Origin: an uncultured cyanobacterium
GTDB taxonomy: Bacteria > Cyanobacteriota > Cyanobacteriia > Cyanobacteriales > Nostocaceae
NCBI GenBank assembly: GCA_963706595.1
Contig: OY970166.1
Span: 4,864,001 to 4,928,000, forward strand
Length of the DNA: 64,000 nt
Direction: 5' to 3'
The stretch's first letter is position 1, and every line of letters begins with the position of its first letter. Positions 19,979 through 34,647 of the stretch are shown one piece after another. The position numbers and the translations under genes were made by a program. The notes under the pieces were generated by a model. That model was not told where the DNA came from, searched no databases, and worked only from the letters and a program-made list of their open reading frames with translations.

Positions 19979-21403
19979 GTGTTTAACTCAGGGCAAATAT
20001 TACAAGAAAGATATCAACTGCAAAAACAGTTAGGTCATACGATGGCTGGTCGTCAAACTTGGCTAGCAGAAGATTTAAATAATGCAAATCATGAGTTAGT
20101 AATTCTCAAACTTCTGGTTTTTAGTAATGACTTTCAATGGGAAGACTTGAAATTATTTGAGCGAGAAGCCCAAGTTTTACAAAATCTCACTCACGAGAGA
20201 ATACCCCGCTACCGTGATTACTTTTTAGTTGAGCAGCAGCCAGGATATGCTCTTAGTTGGTGGTGCTTAGTACAAGATTATATTCCTGGTTCCACTTTAC
20301 AAGATTTGTTAGCAGAAGGTAAAAAATTTACTGAGCCAGAACTCAAAAAAATTGCTAAAGAAATTTTGCAGATTTTAATTTATCTCCACCAATTAAATCC
20401 AGCCGTTCTCCATCGGGATATTAAACCCAGTAACTTAATTCAAGGTGAAGATAAACAGATATATCTCGTGGATTTTGGGGCGGTACAAGACAGAATGGCT
20501 GTCACACGCTTAACTTTTACTGTGGTGGGTACTGTTGGCTATACTCCAATGGAACAGTTTTGGGGACGTGCTGTACCAGCTTCTGATTTATATGGTTTGG
20601 GAGCTACTTTAATTCATTTACTCACAGGTGTAGCTCCTGCTGATTTACCTCAGAATAATTTGCGAATTCAATTTGCAGATTATACCAATATCAGTGCTAA
20701 TTTTGTTGAGTGGATTGAAAAACTAATTGAACCAGCTTTAGAAAAAAGATTTGCTACCGCCAAGGAAGCTCTTGAGTTACTTTTTCAGAAAGTCCAATCT
20801 AATTCTAGTCAAACTTTTCCCACAAAAAAAAGTCCACCTATACACTTAATTAGACCTTTTCTTGTGGTAAATAAAAAGTCTCCAGAAGAATTAGAAATTT
20901 ATAGATATAAAGAACCAATAGCATATAAAAAAATGCTGATTTGTTTTCAAATATTTTTGTTTATAACTGGGGGAATTGAATTGCTGGCGATTATTGGTTT
21001 CACTATGTTAATCTGGGTAATACTTAGATCGAAGATACTAGATGATTCAACCAACAAAGAAATTGATGTATTAATCAAGAAAATTTTCAGTAAAGATGTT
21101 AATGCCATTAAAAAAGATAATTATGGTGGTTATATCCGTTTTGATGCTAAAGAGAAACGTTTTATATTTCAGAACTCCTGGTTTGGCAAATTTGAGTCAA
21201 GTTCTGACTTGATTACAAATATTCGCTCTATTTATGTATGTCAACGAAATGAAAGTTCTTCTAATCAATTTTCAACAGGAGCTAACAACTGGCAAGTAGT
21301 TATTAGCACATATCGTCATCGTATTCGTTTAAATTGGCGCTTGAATGAGGAAGAATGTGGTTGGTTAGTTCATGAAATTCAGACTTGGCTCAATCAATCT
21401 TGA
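19979..21403 (+). CDS. Hanks-type Ser/Thr protein kinase with TM region
   Basis: VILK, FEREA, HRDIKPSN, DFG, GTVGYTPMEQ, SDLYGLG; hydrophobic segment around aa 320-350; GTG start. Confidence 0.9.
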   Translation: MFNSGQILQERYQLQKQLGHTMAGRQTWLAEDLNNANHELVILKLLVFSNDFQWEDLKLFEREAQVLQNLTHERIPRYRDYFLVEQQPGYALSWWCLVQDYIPGSTLQDLLAEGKKFTEPELKKIAKEILQILIYLHQLNPAVLHRDIKPSNLIQGEDKQIYLVDFGAVQDRMAVTRLTFTVVGTVGYTPMEQFWGRAVPASDLYGLGATLIHLLTGVAPADLPQNNLRIQFADYTNISANFVEWIEKLIEPALEKRFATAKEALELLFQKVQSNSSQTFPTKKSPPIHLIRPFLVVNKKSPEELEIYRYKEPIAYKKMLICFQIFLFITGGIELLAIIGFTMLIWVILRSKILDDSTNKEIDVLIKKIFSKDVNAIKKDNYGGYIRFDAKEKRFIFQNSWFGKFESSSDLITNIRSIYVCQRNESSSNQFSTGANNWQVVISTYRHRIRLNWRLNEEECGWLVHEIQTWLNQS

Positions 21404-22341
21404 AGCATGACTATGGCAATTTTCCCCACAGTCCGCTCACTTTCACTATAACTATGAGCCGCAGCTAGTTCAGCTAACGGAAAACTGCGGTCAATTACGG
21501 TTCGCACTTTACCAGCCTCAATCAATTCTTTGAGATAAACCAAGTCTTCAGTGTTAGGCCTTTCAATTACGAACTTAGCTTTTTGTCCGGGAAAGAAGGC
21601 TGTTAACAGACTCTGTATTAAGACTTCGGGAGTGGGTAGCGTCGAAATATAAATTCCTTCGGGTTTGAGGACTCGTTTGCATTTAGAGAGCGATCGCTTG
21701 CCCACCGCATCAAAGATAATATCGTACTGTACCCTATCTGCCGTAAAATCTTCTTGAGTATAATCAATTACCCTATCTGCTCCCAAAGATTTCACAAACT
21801 CCAAATTTCTGGTACTACAAACACCAGTAACTTCTGTCCCTAAAGCCTTAGCAATCTGCACTGCAAACATACCTACCCCACCCGATGCGCCATTAATTAG
21901 CACCGTTTGACTCGATTTGATATTTCCTTGGTCGCGCAGTGCTTGGAGAGCCGTCAGCGCTGCTAAAGGCACAGTAGCCGCTTCCTCAAAAGTTAAATTC
22001 GTCGGCTTGGGAGCAATTAAATTTTCTGGTACGGCGGCAAATTCCGCATAAGCGCCGCCAGGAAAGTTAGCACAACCATAAACAGTATCTCCTGGCTGAA
22101 AACTTCTCACCTGGGAACCAACAGCGACCACTTCCCCAGCCAAATCAAACCCTAAAATCAGGGGAAAGTTATTACCTGAGAGCAAACTCAGCATACCCTG
22201 GCGGGTTTTCCAGTCAATAGGATTAACGCTGCTTGCATGAACCTTGACAAGCAACTGATTCGGCTGAATTTGGGGCTGTGCTACGTCTTCGGACTGCAAC
22301 ACCTCAGCCGACCCATATCGACGGATAACTACCGCTTTCAT
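21394..22341 (-). CDS. NAD(P)-dependent MDR-family (quinone-oxidoreductase-like) dehydrogenase
   Basis: VNPIDWK, LGFDLAGEV, GAYAEF, VLINGASGGVG, GKIAI; no catalytic Zn cysteines apparent. Confidence 0.85.
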   Translation of the reverse strand: MKAVVIRRYGSAEVLQSEDVAQPQIQPNQLLVKVHASSVNPIDWKTRQGMLSLLSGNNFPLILGFDLAGEVVAVGSQVRSFQPGDTVYGCANFPGGAYAEFAAVPENLIAPKPTNLTFEEAATVPLAALTALQALRDQGNIKSSQTVLINGASGGVGMFAVQIAKALGTEVTGVCSTRNLEFVKSLGADRVIDYTQEDFTADRVQYDIIFDAVGKRSLSKCKRVLKPEGIYISTLPTPEVLIQSLLTAFFPGQKAKFVIERPNTEDLVYLKELIEAGKVRTVIDRSFPLAELAAAHSYSESERTVGKIAIVMLQD

Positions 22342-22397
22342 GCTTTTCTCCTGCTACCCTGTGTGACCATATACGCTATGTTACAACCAACCAACAG

Positions 22398-23306
22398 TTA
22401 TTTTCTTCTGGCTGTAATATAATCGGCGATCGCCATCAGAGGTTGTGCCTTCTCGCCAAAATCAACAAGTTCAGCCTTAGCGAGTTCCACTAATTCTTGG
22501 CTCTTGCGTTGTGATTCCTCAATTCCCCACAAACTCGGATAGGTTACTTTTTGTGCCTTCTGGTCTTTACCTGGAGTTTTTCCGAGTTCTTCTTGTGTAC
22601 CCGTGACATCTAAAATATCATCAACAATTTGAAAAGCCAGACCAATGTAGGAAGCATAGCGAGAAAGCTTTTGCAGCAGTTCGTTGTCAGCCCCCGCCAG
22701 CAGCGCACCAGAGAGAACCGAAGTTTCTAACAAAGCTCCTGTTTTGTGTGAATGAATAAAATTGAGGGTTTCTATATTAATATTCTCTAATCCTTCACAT
22801 TCGAGATCAACAACTTGACCACCGACTAAACCCGTAGCTGCGATCGCATGAGCCAACTTAGCAATCACTTGCACTAATTGGTTTGGTGGAACTCCTTGAG
22901 TTTCAACCACAATAAACTCAAAAGCATAGCTTAAAAGTGCATCCCCCGCCAGAATAGCCACTGGTTCACCATAAACCTGATGATTAGTTAATTTTCCCCG
23001 GCGATAATCATCATTATCCATTGCTGGTAAATCATCATGGATCAGCGAAAAAGTATGAATCATTTCCAAAGCACAAGCAGTAGGCATTGCCATCTCTACT
23101 GTGCCTCCTGCCAATTCACAGCTAGCTAAACAGAGAATTGGGCGCAGGCGTTTTCCCCCAGCCAATAAAGAATAACGCATGGATTCATAGAGTGTTTCTG
23201 GATAGATCACACTAATTGAACTTTCAAGACTTGCTTCCACAAGTTCGCGCCGTTGCGATAAATAGGACTTTAAATCAAGTTCCAGAATTTGAGTATTCAA
23301 CATCAA
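22398..23306 (-). CDS. Short-chain polyprenyl diphosphate synthase (CrtE-like, predicted FPP synthase)
   Basis: [55 protein letters not shown]. Confidence 0.9.
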   Translation of the reverse strand: MMLNTQILELDLKSYLSQRRELVEASLESSISVIYPETLYESMRYSLLAGGKRLRPILCLASCELAGGTVEMAMPTACALEMIHTFSLIHDDLPAMDNDDYRRGKLTNHQVYGEPVAILAGDALLSYAFEFIVVETQGVPPNQLVQVIAKLAHAIAATGLVGGQVVDLECEGLENINIETLNFIHSHKTGALLETSVLSGALLAGADNELLQKLSRYASYIGLAFQIVDDILDVTGTQEELGKTPGKDQKAQKVTYPSLWGIEESQRKSQELVELAKAELVDFGEKAQPLMAIADYITARRK

Positions 23307-23689
23307 TTATTCTCCTTAACACTTTTTCAAAATTTAATTGAAATGAAATATGCAAACTATAGCCGTTCCTAATCACATGAGTTATGTCATAGCCCCCTCC
23401 TCGCTTGCGGGGAGGGGGTTGGGGGTGGGGTTCAAGTACCTAGCAGACTAGGAAACGCTATAAGTAAGTTGAGGACTTCCAAGAAATAAATTATCCGGAT
23501 TAACGTTAGCGTAGCTTGCCGAAGGCTACCACAGAGGCGCAGAGGACACAGAGGAATCAGGGTTTGAGAGATTTTGTACGTTAGGTGGTTGAGTGTTTTT
23601 TTATTTGGAAGTCCCTTAACTCAGGACTAAAGTCCTGAAAACTACAAACCCTTAATTATTCACCACGACTTACTGCAAGATTTTTCAAC

Positions 23690-25096
23690 TTATCGCCCAA
23701 TTTGCACATCTTCCAGAACCCCCAGAGCATCAGGGATGAGAACAGCAGCCGAGTAATAAGCAGAGACGAGATAGGAAATAATCGCCTTTTCGCTAATGCC
23801 CATAAATCGCACAGACAAGCTCGGTTGATACTCATCCGGAATACCAGTTTTATGTAAACCGATCACACCCTGATCTTCTTCCCCACTCCGAAGCACAAGA
23901 ATAGAGCTAGTTTGGTGATCAGAAATAGGTATCTTATTGCAAGGAAGTAAAGGTACACCCCGCCAAGCCATCACCATCTGTCCATCCAGATCAATATTCT
24001 GTGGATACAGACCCAAGCGATTGCATTCTCGACGAAAAGCCGCAATAGTCCGAGGGTGAGCTAGGAAAAACTTCGACTTTCTCCGACGGGTGAGAAGCTC
24101 GTCAAGGTCATCAGGAGTGGGCGCTCCCGTACGACTGTAGATGCGTTGTTTGAGGTCAGCATTGTGCAGCAACCCGAATTGACGGTTATTGATCAACTCA
24201 TATTCTTGACGTTCCCGTAATGCCTCAATAGTCAACCGCAATTGTTGTTCAGTCTGGTTCATCGGTTCATTGTACAAATCCGCCACCCGACTATGCACCT
24301 GCAACACAGTTTGAGCAACACTCAACTCATATTCACGAGGTGAAAGTTCGTAATCAACAAAAGTGGACGGCAACTCAGTCTCCCCAATATGCCCCGCAGC
24401 CAAATCAATAGAAGCTTCACCGTGCTTATTTTGTGGGATTTCTGCACGACTCCTAAACTGATCAACTTGAGCCTGCAACTCCTCAGACTGGTTGAGCAAC
24501 TCCCGAAACACCTGAGCAGGTAGCGCCAATACAGTACATCGCGTAATAGCCTTAATCGTGAACTTCCAACTGCCTTGTGACTCCAGCAAAACCTGCTCGC
24601 CGAAATAGTCGCCGTCTGCGAGTATCCCCAAATTCGCCGGTTCGTCATACTTACCAGCACGAATCTTTTCTACCCTGCCATGTGCGATCAGAAAAAGCTG
24701 GTCGGCAGACTCACCAGACTGCACTATGATCTCACCAGGTGCAAACTCCTGTTGCACAAACCGACCTGCCAAAGCGCTCAACACCTGGGTGTCCTCAAAT
24801 CCTCGCAGTAATGGCAACTCACAAAGTTCCTGGGGAATCACCTGGACATCAGATCCAGTGTTAGTAAAAGTCAATCGCCCATCACCAACTTTATAAGTCA
24901 ACCGCCGGTTCACCCGATAAGAACCACCTTTCATCTCCACCCACGGCAAAATCTTCAACAACCACCGCGATGTAATTTCCTGCATCTGCGGTGCAGATTT
25001 GGTTGTCGTCGCCAAATTTCTGGCTGCGGCTGTACTCAAACTCAATTGAGGTTGTCCACTCTCAGCATTCAAATCTAAATCATTAGAATACGTCAT
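23690..25096 (-). CDS. Family 2B encapsulin shell protein with cNMP-binding insertion (geosmin operon 'cnb' gene 2)
   Basis: [35 protein letters not shown], cNMP domain (GDYFGE), [29 protein letters not shown]. Confidence 0.9.
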   Translation of the reverse strand: MTYSNDLDLNAESGQPQLSLSTAAARNLATTTKSAPQMQEITSRWLLKILPWVEMKGGSYRVNRRLTYKVGDGRLTFTNTGSDVQVIPQELCELPLLRGFEDTQVLSALAGRFVQQEFAPGEIIVQSGESADQLFLIAHGRVEKIRAGKYDEPANLGILADGDYFGEQVLLESQGSWKFTIKAITRCTVLALPAQVFRELLNQSEELQAQVDQFRSRAEIPQNKHGEASIDLAAGHIGETELPSTFVDYELSPREYELSVAQTVLQVHSRVADLYNEPMNQTEQQLRLTIEALRERQEYELINNRQFGLLHNADLKQRIYSRTGAPTPDDLDELLTRRRKSKFFLAHPRTIAAFRRECNRLGLYPQNIDLDGQMVMAWRGVPLLPCNKIPISDHQTSSILVLRSGEEDQGVIGLHKTGIPDEYQPSLSVRFMGISEKAIISYLVSAYYSAAVLIPDALGVLEDVQIGR

Positions 25097-25258
25097 TATA
25101 GCATTTCCTAGTTTAATAAATTACACAATTATCTGCGTTTATTTGCGTCCATCTGCGTTTAATTATTACTGCTTGTACCTCACTGGAATGGCAATTGCTA
25201 TCAGAGGTGAAGGTGATCAATTTGAGATTTTAGATTGACCTTCACCTCTTAAGAATAA

Positions 25259-26668
25259 TTAACGCCCGATTTCGACATCTTCCAAGATGCCAAGTGCGTC
25301 AGGTACTAGGACAGCTGCGGAATAGTAGGCTGTGATCAGGTAAGAGATAATCGCCTTCTCACTGATGCCCATGAATCGCACAGACAAACTGGGTTGGTAT
25401 TCATCGGGGATACCAGTTTGATGTAGACCGATCACCCCTTGTTTTTCTACACCAGTGCGGACTAAGAGAATCGAACTAGTGCGGGTATTGGTGATGGGGA
25501 TCTTGTTGGAAGGAAAGATGGGTATTCCACGCCAAGCTGGAACTTGGTGTCCGCCCATGTCAATGCTTTGTGGATAGATGCCCAGGCGGTTACACTCACG
25601 AGCAAAGGCAGCGATCGTGCGGGGATGAGCCAGGAAGAATCCCGGATCTTTCCAGACTGTAGCCAGCAGTTCATCCATGTCATCCGGGGTAGGCGCTCCG
25701 TTGCGAGTGTGGATGCGTTGTTTGAGATCAGCGTTGTGCAGTAACCCAAATTCGCGGTTATTGAGCAACTCATGCTCTTGACGTTCCCGTAATGCCTCAA
25801 TAGTCAGCCGCAGTTGTTGTTCGGTCTGATTCATCGGTTCGTTGTACAAATCAGCTATGCGAGTATGCACTCGTAACACGGTTTGAGCAACGCTTAATTC
25901 ATATTGCCGAGGCGAGAGTTCGTAATCAACAAAAGTTCCTGGTAACTGAGTTTCCCCAATATGTCCTGAAGCCAAATCAATAGATGATTCCCCGGCGGCA
26001 TTCTGTGGCTGATTCAGGCGGACTCGGAACTGCTCAACATGAGTTCGCAACGCCTCCGACTGGTCAATCATCTGCTCAAACGCCTGTTGAGGCAGCGCCA
26101 TTACTGTACATCTGGTAACAGCTGTGAGGGTAAATTCCCAAGTATCCTGCGATCGCACCACAGACTCATCGCCGAAATGGTCTCCGTTGGCTAACACATC
26201 CAAGACGATCGGCTCACCATATTTTCCGAGGCCAATCTTGTTCACCTTACCGTGGGCAATCAATAACACCTGATCAGCCGGTTGACCAATTTCAACAATT
26301 ACATCCCCGGCGGCAAACTCTTGCTGCACAAACTGGTTTGCCAAGGCGCTCAACACCTCAATGTCATCAAAGCCTCGCAGCAATGGTAACTCACAAAGTT
26401 CCTGGGGAATTACCTGTATATCAGCTCCAGTGTTGGTAAAAGTTACCCGCCCGTCACCAACTGCATAACTCAACCGGCGGTTAACTCGATACACACCACC
26501 CTTCGTCTGTACCCACGGCAACAGTTTCAACAACCACCGGGATGTAATTTCCTGCATCTGCGGTGCTGATTTGGTCGTTGTCGCCAAATTACGCGCTGCG
26601 GCTGTACCCAAACTGAGTTGGGGCTGCTGTTCTTCAACATTCAAACCGGAATCATTAGAAAAGGTCAT
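25259..26668 (-). CDS. Family 2B encapsulin shell protein with cNMP-binding insertion (geosmin operon 'cnb' gene 1)
   Basis: Same motifs as its paralogue, but [16 protein letters not shown] where the paralogue has [15 protein letters not shown]. Confidence 0.9.
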   Translation of the reverse strand: MTFSNDSGLNVEEQQPQLSLGTAAARNLATTTKSAPQMQEITSRWLLKLLPWVQTKGGVYRVNRRLSYAVGDGRVTFTNTGADIQVIPQELCELPLLRGFDDIEVLSALANQFVQQEFAAGDVIVEIGQPADQVLLIAHGKVNKIGLGKYGEPIVLDVLANGDHFGDESVVRSQDTWEFTLTAVTRCTVMALPQQAFEQMIDQSEALRTHVEQFRVRLNQPQNAAGESSIDLASGHIGETQLPGTFVDYELSPRQYELSVAQTVLRVHTRIADLYNEPMNQTEQQLRLTIEALRERQEHELLNNREFGLLHNADLKQRIHTRNGAPTPDDMDELLATVWKDPGFFLAHPRTIAAFARECNRLGIYPQSIDMGGHQVPAWRGIPIFPSNKIPITNTRTSSILLVRTGVEKQGVIGLHQTGIPDEYQPSLSVRFMGISEKAIISYLITAYYSAAVLVPDALGILEDVEIGR

Positions 26669-26708
26669 AAACTTGTTCCTTGTTGTTCTAAATACTAAAA
26701 AAAGAAAT

Positions 26709-28988
<2,280 letters not shown>

Positions 28989-29768
28989 TTAATTTCCTTT
29001 GCTTTCTTCTAACTTTCTTCATTTAGGAGAATTTTGGCTGATTTTTTCGGATTTCTGGGTGACACCATCATGTTGCATGGTTATTGACCAAAGGAATACG
29101 GTAATATTACGTAACTTTGCTCAAGTAATTCAAACAATTATTTGTGGCATTTTGCTGGCATTGACACTGACTGCAACGCACTGGCGATCGCCTGCGTGGT
29201 ACAAAAAATCGGACTTGGTAAAACTCTGCGGACCTTTGCGTTACCTTTGCGCCCCTCTGCGTTTAAAAAATCCGGCGTTGCCGAATACAAAGATCATTAA
29301 ACTGAGTTTTTATACTTATAAATATTTTGCTAAGTAATTCTAACTCCAGAAAATAAAATAAATATAAAACGCATTTTTTTCCCAAAATAAATGCTAGGTT
29401 AGATACATAATCAGATATGCTCGATCTCTCAATTTTAACTTTGCGAAATCCGCAATCCATTCGCCGTTAACAAGCAAATTCAGGAAGTAATTATTCACAT
29501 TATGCCCTTGTAGCTATAAATTATCAATAAGTGTATGATGGATATTAATAAAGATCCTTGTTTAACGCCGTTCATGAAATTTCTTCACGCTTAATTCTCT
29601 GCAAAAGTTAAAAAAAGATGAATTGCATTTTTAGCTCAAAAAAAATGATATGTTAGATACAGAATGGGACATTTCACGACTCTGGAGGAGTACAACATCA
29701 ATCTGTTCCAGTTTTTCACCCCTTAATTCCCTAGTATTTGTCGTTTCAAATGGGATTTCAGCCTGATT

Positions 29769-29974
29769 TGAGTACAGATTTATATATCGAAAAAATAAGA
29801 AAAAATAGATTAAGACCCTTTCTACAACTGGGTTACAGATGAGTACCAATAAATCATGAACCCCTGTTAATAAATACTCGTACCCCAACTGAAAAATACT
29901 AGCACCCCTACCCGAAAAATATATTTTTAATGCTTGTAAAACCCACACAGTTAGGGTTTGCAGATTTGAGTACA
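29769..29974 (+). promoter_or_regulatory. nifB promoter with CnfR(PatB)-type motifs
   Basis: TGAGTACA 29769, TGAGTACC 29840, TGAGTACA 29967, and AAATACTAGCACCCCTACCC at about 29894-29913. Confidence 0.7.
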
Positions 29975-30351
29975 AACGTAATAAATCCAATAAATTCTAT
30001 ACTCCATAAACGCGCCGACCATTTGAGAACGACTGCTATAAATCTTATATCGCCAATCACTCAACGCCAAGCCAAAAGCAAAAGCGCAGAGTGAGTGGAG
30101 GGATGAGATAGCACCATGCCTTAAGTGAATCGAAGTCGCGGCTGTACCCACACACAAATACCCCAGATAGACCTCAAACTTGACACACACCAGCCATACC
30201 TCAGTCAACAGTAAACAAACTAACACCTGATAACTGTTAACTGTTAACTGTTAACTGATTACAAGACGCGACTTCAGTTCCTGGGTAAAGACAGTAGCAA
30301 CGGCATCTCCCACTGTGGCATTTAGCCCACCACTGACCCTTGCGAAATTCA

Positions 30352-31794
30352 ATGATACTACCGTCTAACGGACTCCTCACCTCCTCCCATCAGGAACCAG
30401 CATCAACCCAAGCAAAATCAGGTGGTTGCGGATGCGACAGCAGCACCACCGTAGAAATGGATCAAAAGCTCCAAGAACGCATCGCCCAACATCCCTGTTA
30501 TAGTGAAGATGCCCATCACCACTACGCCCGGATGCACGTTGCAGTTGCACCAGCTTGTAACATTCAATGCAACTATTGCAATCGCAAATACGACTGTGCT
30601 AACGAAAGTCGTCCTGGAGTAGTGAGCGAATTGCTAACACCAGAAGAGGCTGCACACAAGGCTTTGGTGATTGCAGGCAAAATTCCCCAAATGACAGTGG
30701 TCGGAATTGCGGGGCCTGGTGATCCATTGGCGAATCCTGAAAAGACTTTTCGCACATTTGAGTTGATTGCAGACAAAGCACCAGATATCAAACTTTGCCT
30801 TTCAACTAACGGTTTAATGTTAACAGAATACATTGACCGCATTAAACAACTAAATATCGATCACGTTACTATCACCCTAAATACCATTGACCCAGAAATC
30901 GGCGCTCAGATTTATTCTTGGGTTCATTACAAACGCAAACGCTATAGAGGTGTTGAAGGGGCTAAGATTCTGCTAGAAAAGCAGATGGAAGGCTTGCAAG
31001 CTTTGAGAGAAGCTGATATTCTGTGCAAAGTTAACTCCGTGATGATTCCAGGAATTAATGATCAGCACTTGATCGAAGTCAATAAAATGATTCGTGAAAA
31101 CGGTGCTTTCCTGCACAACATCATGCCTTTGATTTCTGCACCAGAACACGGCACACATTTCGGCTTAACAGGTCAACGTGGTCCTACACCCAAAGAAGTC
31201 AAGTCAGTTCAAGACAATTGTGCCGGCAACATGAAAATGATGCGCCATTGTCGTCAATGCCGAGCCGATGCGGTAGGATTATTAGGAGAAGACCGCAGTC
31301 AGGAATTTACCAAAGATAAATTCTTGGAAATGACTCCAGAATATGACTTGGAACAACGCACCCTTGTTCACGAAGGAATTGAGAAGTTTAAGGAAGAACT
31401 GAAAATAGCCAAAGACAAGGCTAGCGCTGGCAAGAAATTTGCCAATAATCCCAAAATATTAGTTGCAGTCGCCACCAAAGGCGGTGGGTTAGTTAACCAA
31501 CACTTCGGTCATGCGAAGGAATTCCAGATTTACGAAGTGGATGGTAGTCAAGTTACCTTTGTCAGTCATCGCAAGATTGACCAGTATTGTCAAGGTGGAT
31601 TTAGTGAAGAAGCCACTTTTGAGCATATCATGGCAGCGATCGCGGATTGCAAAGCAGTTTTAGTTTCCAAAATTGGTAACTGTCCTCAAGAGAAACTGCA
31701 AGAAGCAGGAATACAGACTGTCGAAGCTTACGACGTAATCGAAAAAGTTGCTTTGGAATTTTACGAGCAATATGTCCAGGAGTTAGGAAATTAG
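30352..31794 (+). CDS. nifB: Nitrogenase cofactor radical SAM protein NifB
   Basis: [35 protein letters not shown]-terminal NifX-like domain. Confidence 0.97.
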   Translation: MILPSNGLLTSSHQEPASTQAKSGGCGCDSSTTVEMDQKLQERIAQHPCYSEDAHHHYARMHVAVAPACNIQCNYCNRKYDCANESRPGVVSELLTPEEAAHKALVIAGKIPQMTVVGIAGPGDPLANPEKTFRTFELIADKAPDIKLCLSTNGLMLTEYIDRIKQLNIDHVTITLNTIDPEIGAQIYSWVHYKRKRYRGVEGAKILLEKQMEGLQALREADILCKVNSVMIPGINDQHLIEVNKMIRENGAFLHNIMPLISAPEHGTHFGLTGQRGPTPKEVKSVQDNCAGNMKMMRHCRQCRADAVGLLGEDRSQEFTKDKFLEMTPEYDLEQRTLVHEGIEKFKEELKIAKDKASAGKKFANNPKILVAVATKGGGLVNQHFGHAKEFQIYEVDGSQVTFVSHRKIDQYCQGGFSEEATFEHIMAAIADCKAVLVSKIGNCPQEKLQEAGIQTVEAYDVIEKVALEFYEQYVQELGN

Positions 31795-31928
31795 GGAGTA
31801 GGGAGTAGGGAGTAGGGAGTAGGGAATATTTACCACTTACCACTCATTACTCCCCACTCATCCCTTACCCGGTTACTGAGCGTAGTCGAAGTAACTCCCC
31901 ACTCCCCATCTTCAGAAGGAGAATAATT

Positions 31929-32282
31929 ATGGCTTACCAAATCACTAGCCAATGTATTTCCTGTGATCTTTGTCTGTCTGTATGTCCCACTAATGCAGTG
32001 AAGGTAATTGACGGTAATCATTGGATTGACCCCGAACTCTGCACAAACTGCTTTGGTAGTGTTTATTCCGTTCCTCAGTGTAAAGCTGGTTGTCCCACCT
32101 GCACAGGTTGTGTGAAACAACCCAACGATTATTGGGAAGGCTGGTTTGCTAATTACAATCGCTCTTTAGCAAAATTAACTAACAAACAAGATTACTGGGA
32201 ACGTTGGTTTAACTATTATTCCAAAACATTCTCCGAAAAATTATCTCGCCGTCAGAGCGAAGTCATAGGTGTATCAGGATGA
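31929..32282 (+). CDS. fdxN: Ferredoxin FdxN (uninterrupted)
   Basis: CISCDLCLSVCP and CTNC...C...CP; between nifB and nifS. Confidence 0.92.
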   Translation: MAYQITSQCISCDLCLSVCPTNAVKVIDGNHWIDPELCTNCFGSVYSVPQCKAGCPTCTGCVKQPNDYWEGWFANYNRSLAKLTNKQDYWERWFNYYSKTFSEKLSRRQSEVIGVSG

Positions 32283-33481
32283 GCATCATTTATTTAGACA
32301 ATAATGCCACAACGAAGGTAGACCCGGAAGTTTTAGAGGCGATGTTGCCTTATCTGCGGGACTACTACGGTAATCCTTCTAGTATGCACACCTTTGGCGG
32401 ACAACTGGGTAAAGCTGTAAAAACAGCCCGCCAACAACTAGCCGCCCTCATCGGTGCTGAGGAATCAGAAATTATCTACACCAGTTGCGGTACAGAAGGC
32501 GATAACGCTGCTATTCGCGCCGCACTGTTGGCACAACCAGAAAAGCGACATATCATCACAACACAGGTTGAACACCCAGCCGTTTTGAATGTCTGCAAAC
32601 AACTGGAAACCCAAGGTTACACTGTTACCTATCTTTCGGTAAATCGTCAGGGACAGCTAGATTTAAATGAATTAGAAGCTTCTCTGACTGGAAATACCGC
32701 CTTGGTAACAATTATGTATGCCAATAACGAAACTGGTACGGTTTTCCCCATTGAGCAGATTGGGTTAAGAGTTAAAGAATACGGCGCTATCTTTCATGTT
32801 GATGCAGTGCAAGCAGTGGGAAAAATTCCCCTCAACATGAAGACCAGCACCATAGATATGTTAACTCTGTCTGGTCACAAAATCCATGCTCCCAAGGGAA
32901 TTGGGGCTTTGTATGTGCGGCGCGGTGTACGGTTCCGTCCCTTGTTAATTGGGGGACATCAAGAACGTAGTCGTCGGGCGGGAACAGAGAATGTCCCAGG
33001 GATTGTTGCTCTAGGTAAAGCGGCAGAGTTGGAATTGTCTCATTTAGAAGAGGCTACCACAAGAGAAAGAAAATTGCGCGATCGCCTGGAACAAACTTTA
33101 CTCGCTAAAATTTCCGACTGTGAAGTGAATGGCGACCCAACGCAGAGATTGCCGAACACTACAAATATTGGCTTTAAGTACATTGAAGGTGAAGCAATTC
33201 TGCTCTCCTTAAACAAATACGGTATCTGTGCCTCATCTGGTTCAGCTTGTACCTCTGGTTCCTTAGAACCTTCCCACGTTCTCCGGGCTATGGGTTTACC
33301 CTACACCACCTTACACGGTTCCATTCGTTTCAGCTTAAGTCGCTACACCACAGAAGCCGAAATCGATCAAGTTATCGAAGTCATGCCCAGTATTATCGAA
33401 CGTTTACGCGCCATGTCCCCCTTCAAAAACGATGATGCGGGTTGGCTGCAAGAACAAGAACAAGCATTAATTCATCGCTAG
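32279..33481 (+). CDS. nifS: Cysteine desulfurase NifS
   Basis: YLDNNATT, SGHKIH, SSGSACTS. Confidence 0.97.
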   Translation: MSIIYLDNNATTKVDPEVLEAMLPYLRDYYGNPSSMHTFGGQLGKAVKTARQQLAALIGAEESEIIYTSCGTEGDNAAIRAALLAQPEKRHIITTQVEHPAVLNVCKQLETQGYTVTYLSVNRQGQLDLNELEASLTGNTALVTIMYANNETGTVFPIEQIGLRVKEYGAIFHVDAVQAVGKIPLNMKTSTIDMLTLSGHKIHAPKGIGALYVRRGVRFRPLLIGGHQERSRRAGTENVPGIVALGKAAELELSHLEEATTRERKLRDRLEQTLLAKISDCEVNGDPTQRLPNTTNIGFKYIEGEAILLSLNKYGICASSGSACTSGSLEPSHVLRAMGLPYTTLHGSIRFSLSRYTTEAEIDQVIEVMPSIIERLRAMSPFKNDDAGWLQEQEQALIHR

Positions 33482-33554
33482 AGAATACTCCCCCTTGTAC
33501 AGACGCGATTCATCGCGTCTCCACCCACTCAGCACTCACTACTCAGCACTTAAT

Positions 33555-34454
33555 ATGTGGGACTACACAGATAAAGTATTAGAATTGTTTTACAATCCCC
33601 AAAACCAGGGAGCTATTGAAGAAACCGACGAACCTGGTGTTAAGGTTGCAATGGGAGAAATTGGTAGTATTGCCTGTGGTGATGCCCTAAGATTACACTT
33701 GAAAGTTGAAGTAGAATCTGATAAAATATTAGATGCACGCTTTCAAACCTTTGGCTGCACTAGTGCGATCGCCTCTTCCAGTGCTTTAACCGAAATGGTC
33801 AAAGGTTTAACCCTAGATGAAGCTTTGAAAGTTTCTAATAAACAGATTGCAGATTACCTCGGCGGATTGCCAGAAGCGAAAATGCACTGCTCTGTCATGG
33901 GGCAAGAAGCTCTAGAAGCCGCTATTTATAACTATCGTGGCATAGCTCTCCCTACCCACGACGACGATGATGAAGGCGCATTAATTTGTAGTTGCTTTGG
34001 TATCAGCGAAGCCAAAATTCGCCGTGTGATTCTAGAAAATCATCTCACTGATGCTGAACAGGTAACAAATTATGTAAAAGCTGGTGGCGGATGCGGTTCC
34101 TGTTTAGCGAATATTGATGATATTATAAGAGATGTAAAGGAGAAAGCCGCCGTACCTGCTCTCAACAACCACAGCGTCGGAGTTGCTAACTCACAGCAAC
34201 AATCAAAACCTCTAACTAATGTGCAGAGAATTGCACTCATTCAAAAAGTTCTCGATGAAGAAGTCAGACCCGTACTGATTGCAGACGGGGGAGACGTGGA
34301 ACTTTATGATGTAGAAGGCGATAAAGTCAAAGTCGTACTTCAAGGCGCTTGTGGTTCTTGTTCTAGTAGTACAGCCACTCTGAAGATTGCTATCGAAGCC
34401 AGGTTACAAGATCGTGTCAGCAAAAACCTAGTAGTCGAAGCAGTCGCACCATAA
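33555..34454 (+). CDS. nifU: Fe-S scaffold NifU
   Basis: MWDYTDKV, ACGD, FGC, KMHCS, CSCF, GGGCGSC, GACGSC. Confidence 0.96.
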   Translation: MWDYTDKVLELFYNPQNQGAIEETDEPGVKVAMGEIGSIACGDALRLHLKVEVESDKILDARFQTFGCTSAIASSSALTEMVKGLTLDEALKVSNKQIADYLGGLPEAKMHCSVMGQEALEAAIYNYRGIALPTHDDDDEGALICSCFGISEAKIRRVILENHLTDAEQVTNYVKAGGGCGSCLANIDDIIRDVKEKAAVPALNNHSVGVANSQQQSKPLTNVQRIALIQKVLDEEVRPVLIADGGDVELYDVEGDKVKVVLQGACGSCSSSTATLKIAIEARLQDRVSKNLVVEAVAP

Positions 34455-34647
34455 CTTTAAGATTTACACACCGTACAAATAGAGCCTGTTATTTATTAAA
34501 CAGGACACCAAGTAGGATTTGAAAGATAATTTTCGCCCCATCAATGCTTCATTCCTACTGAGAACACACAGCAATAGCACATAGGTGAAAGTATTCAACA
34601 CCTAATTGTCAATTGCATTATCCCACTCGCTTCAAAGGAATCAGGAT

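Noticed and set aside
23690..26668. cnb genes as Crp/Fnr transcription regulators
   Set aside because: No C-terminal HTH; the cNMP domain is inserted in an encapsulin scaffold.
28999..30226. Short ORFs in the geoA-nifB interval, and 13433-13702
   Set aside because: They overlap promoter motifs and repeats and show no protein motifs; likely spurious.
31929..32282. fdxN excision element
   Set aside because: fdxN is continuous and overlaps nifS; nifH and nifK are also uninterrupted.
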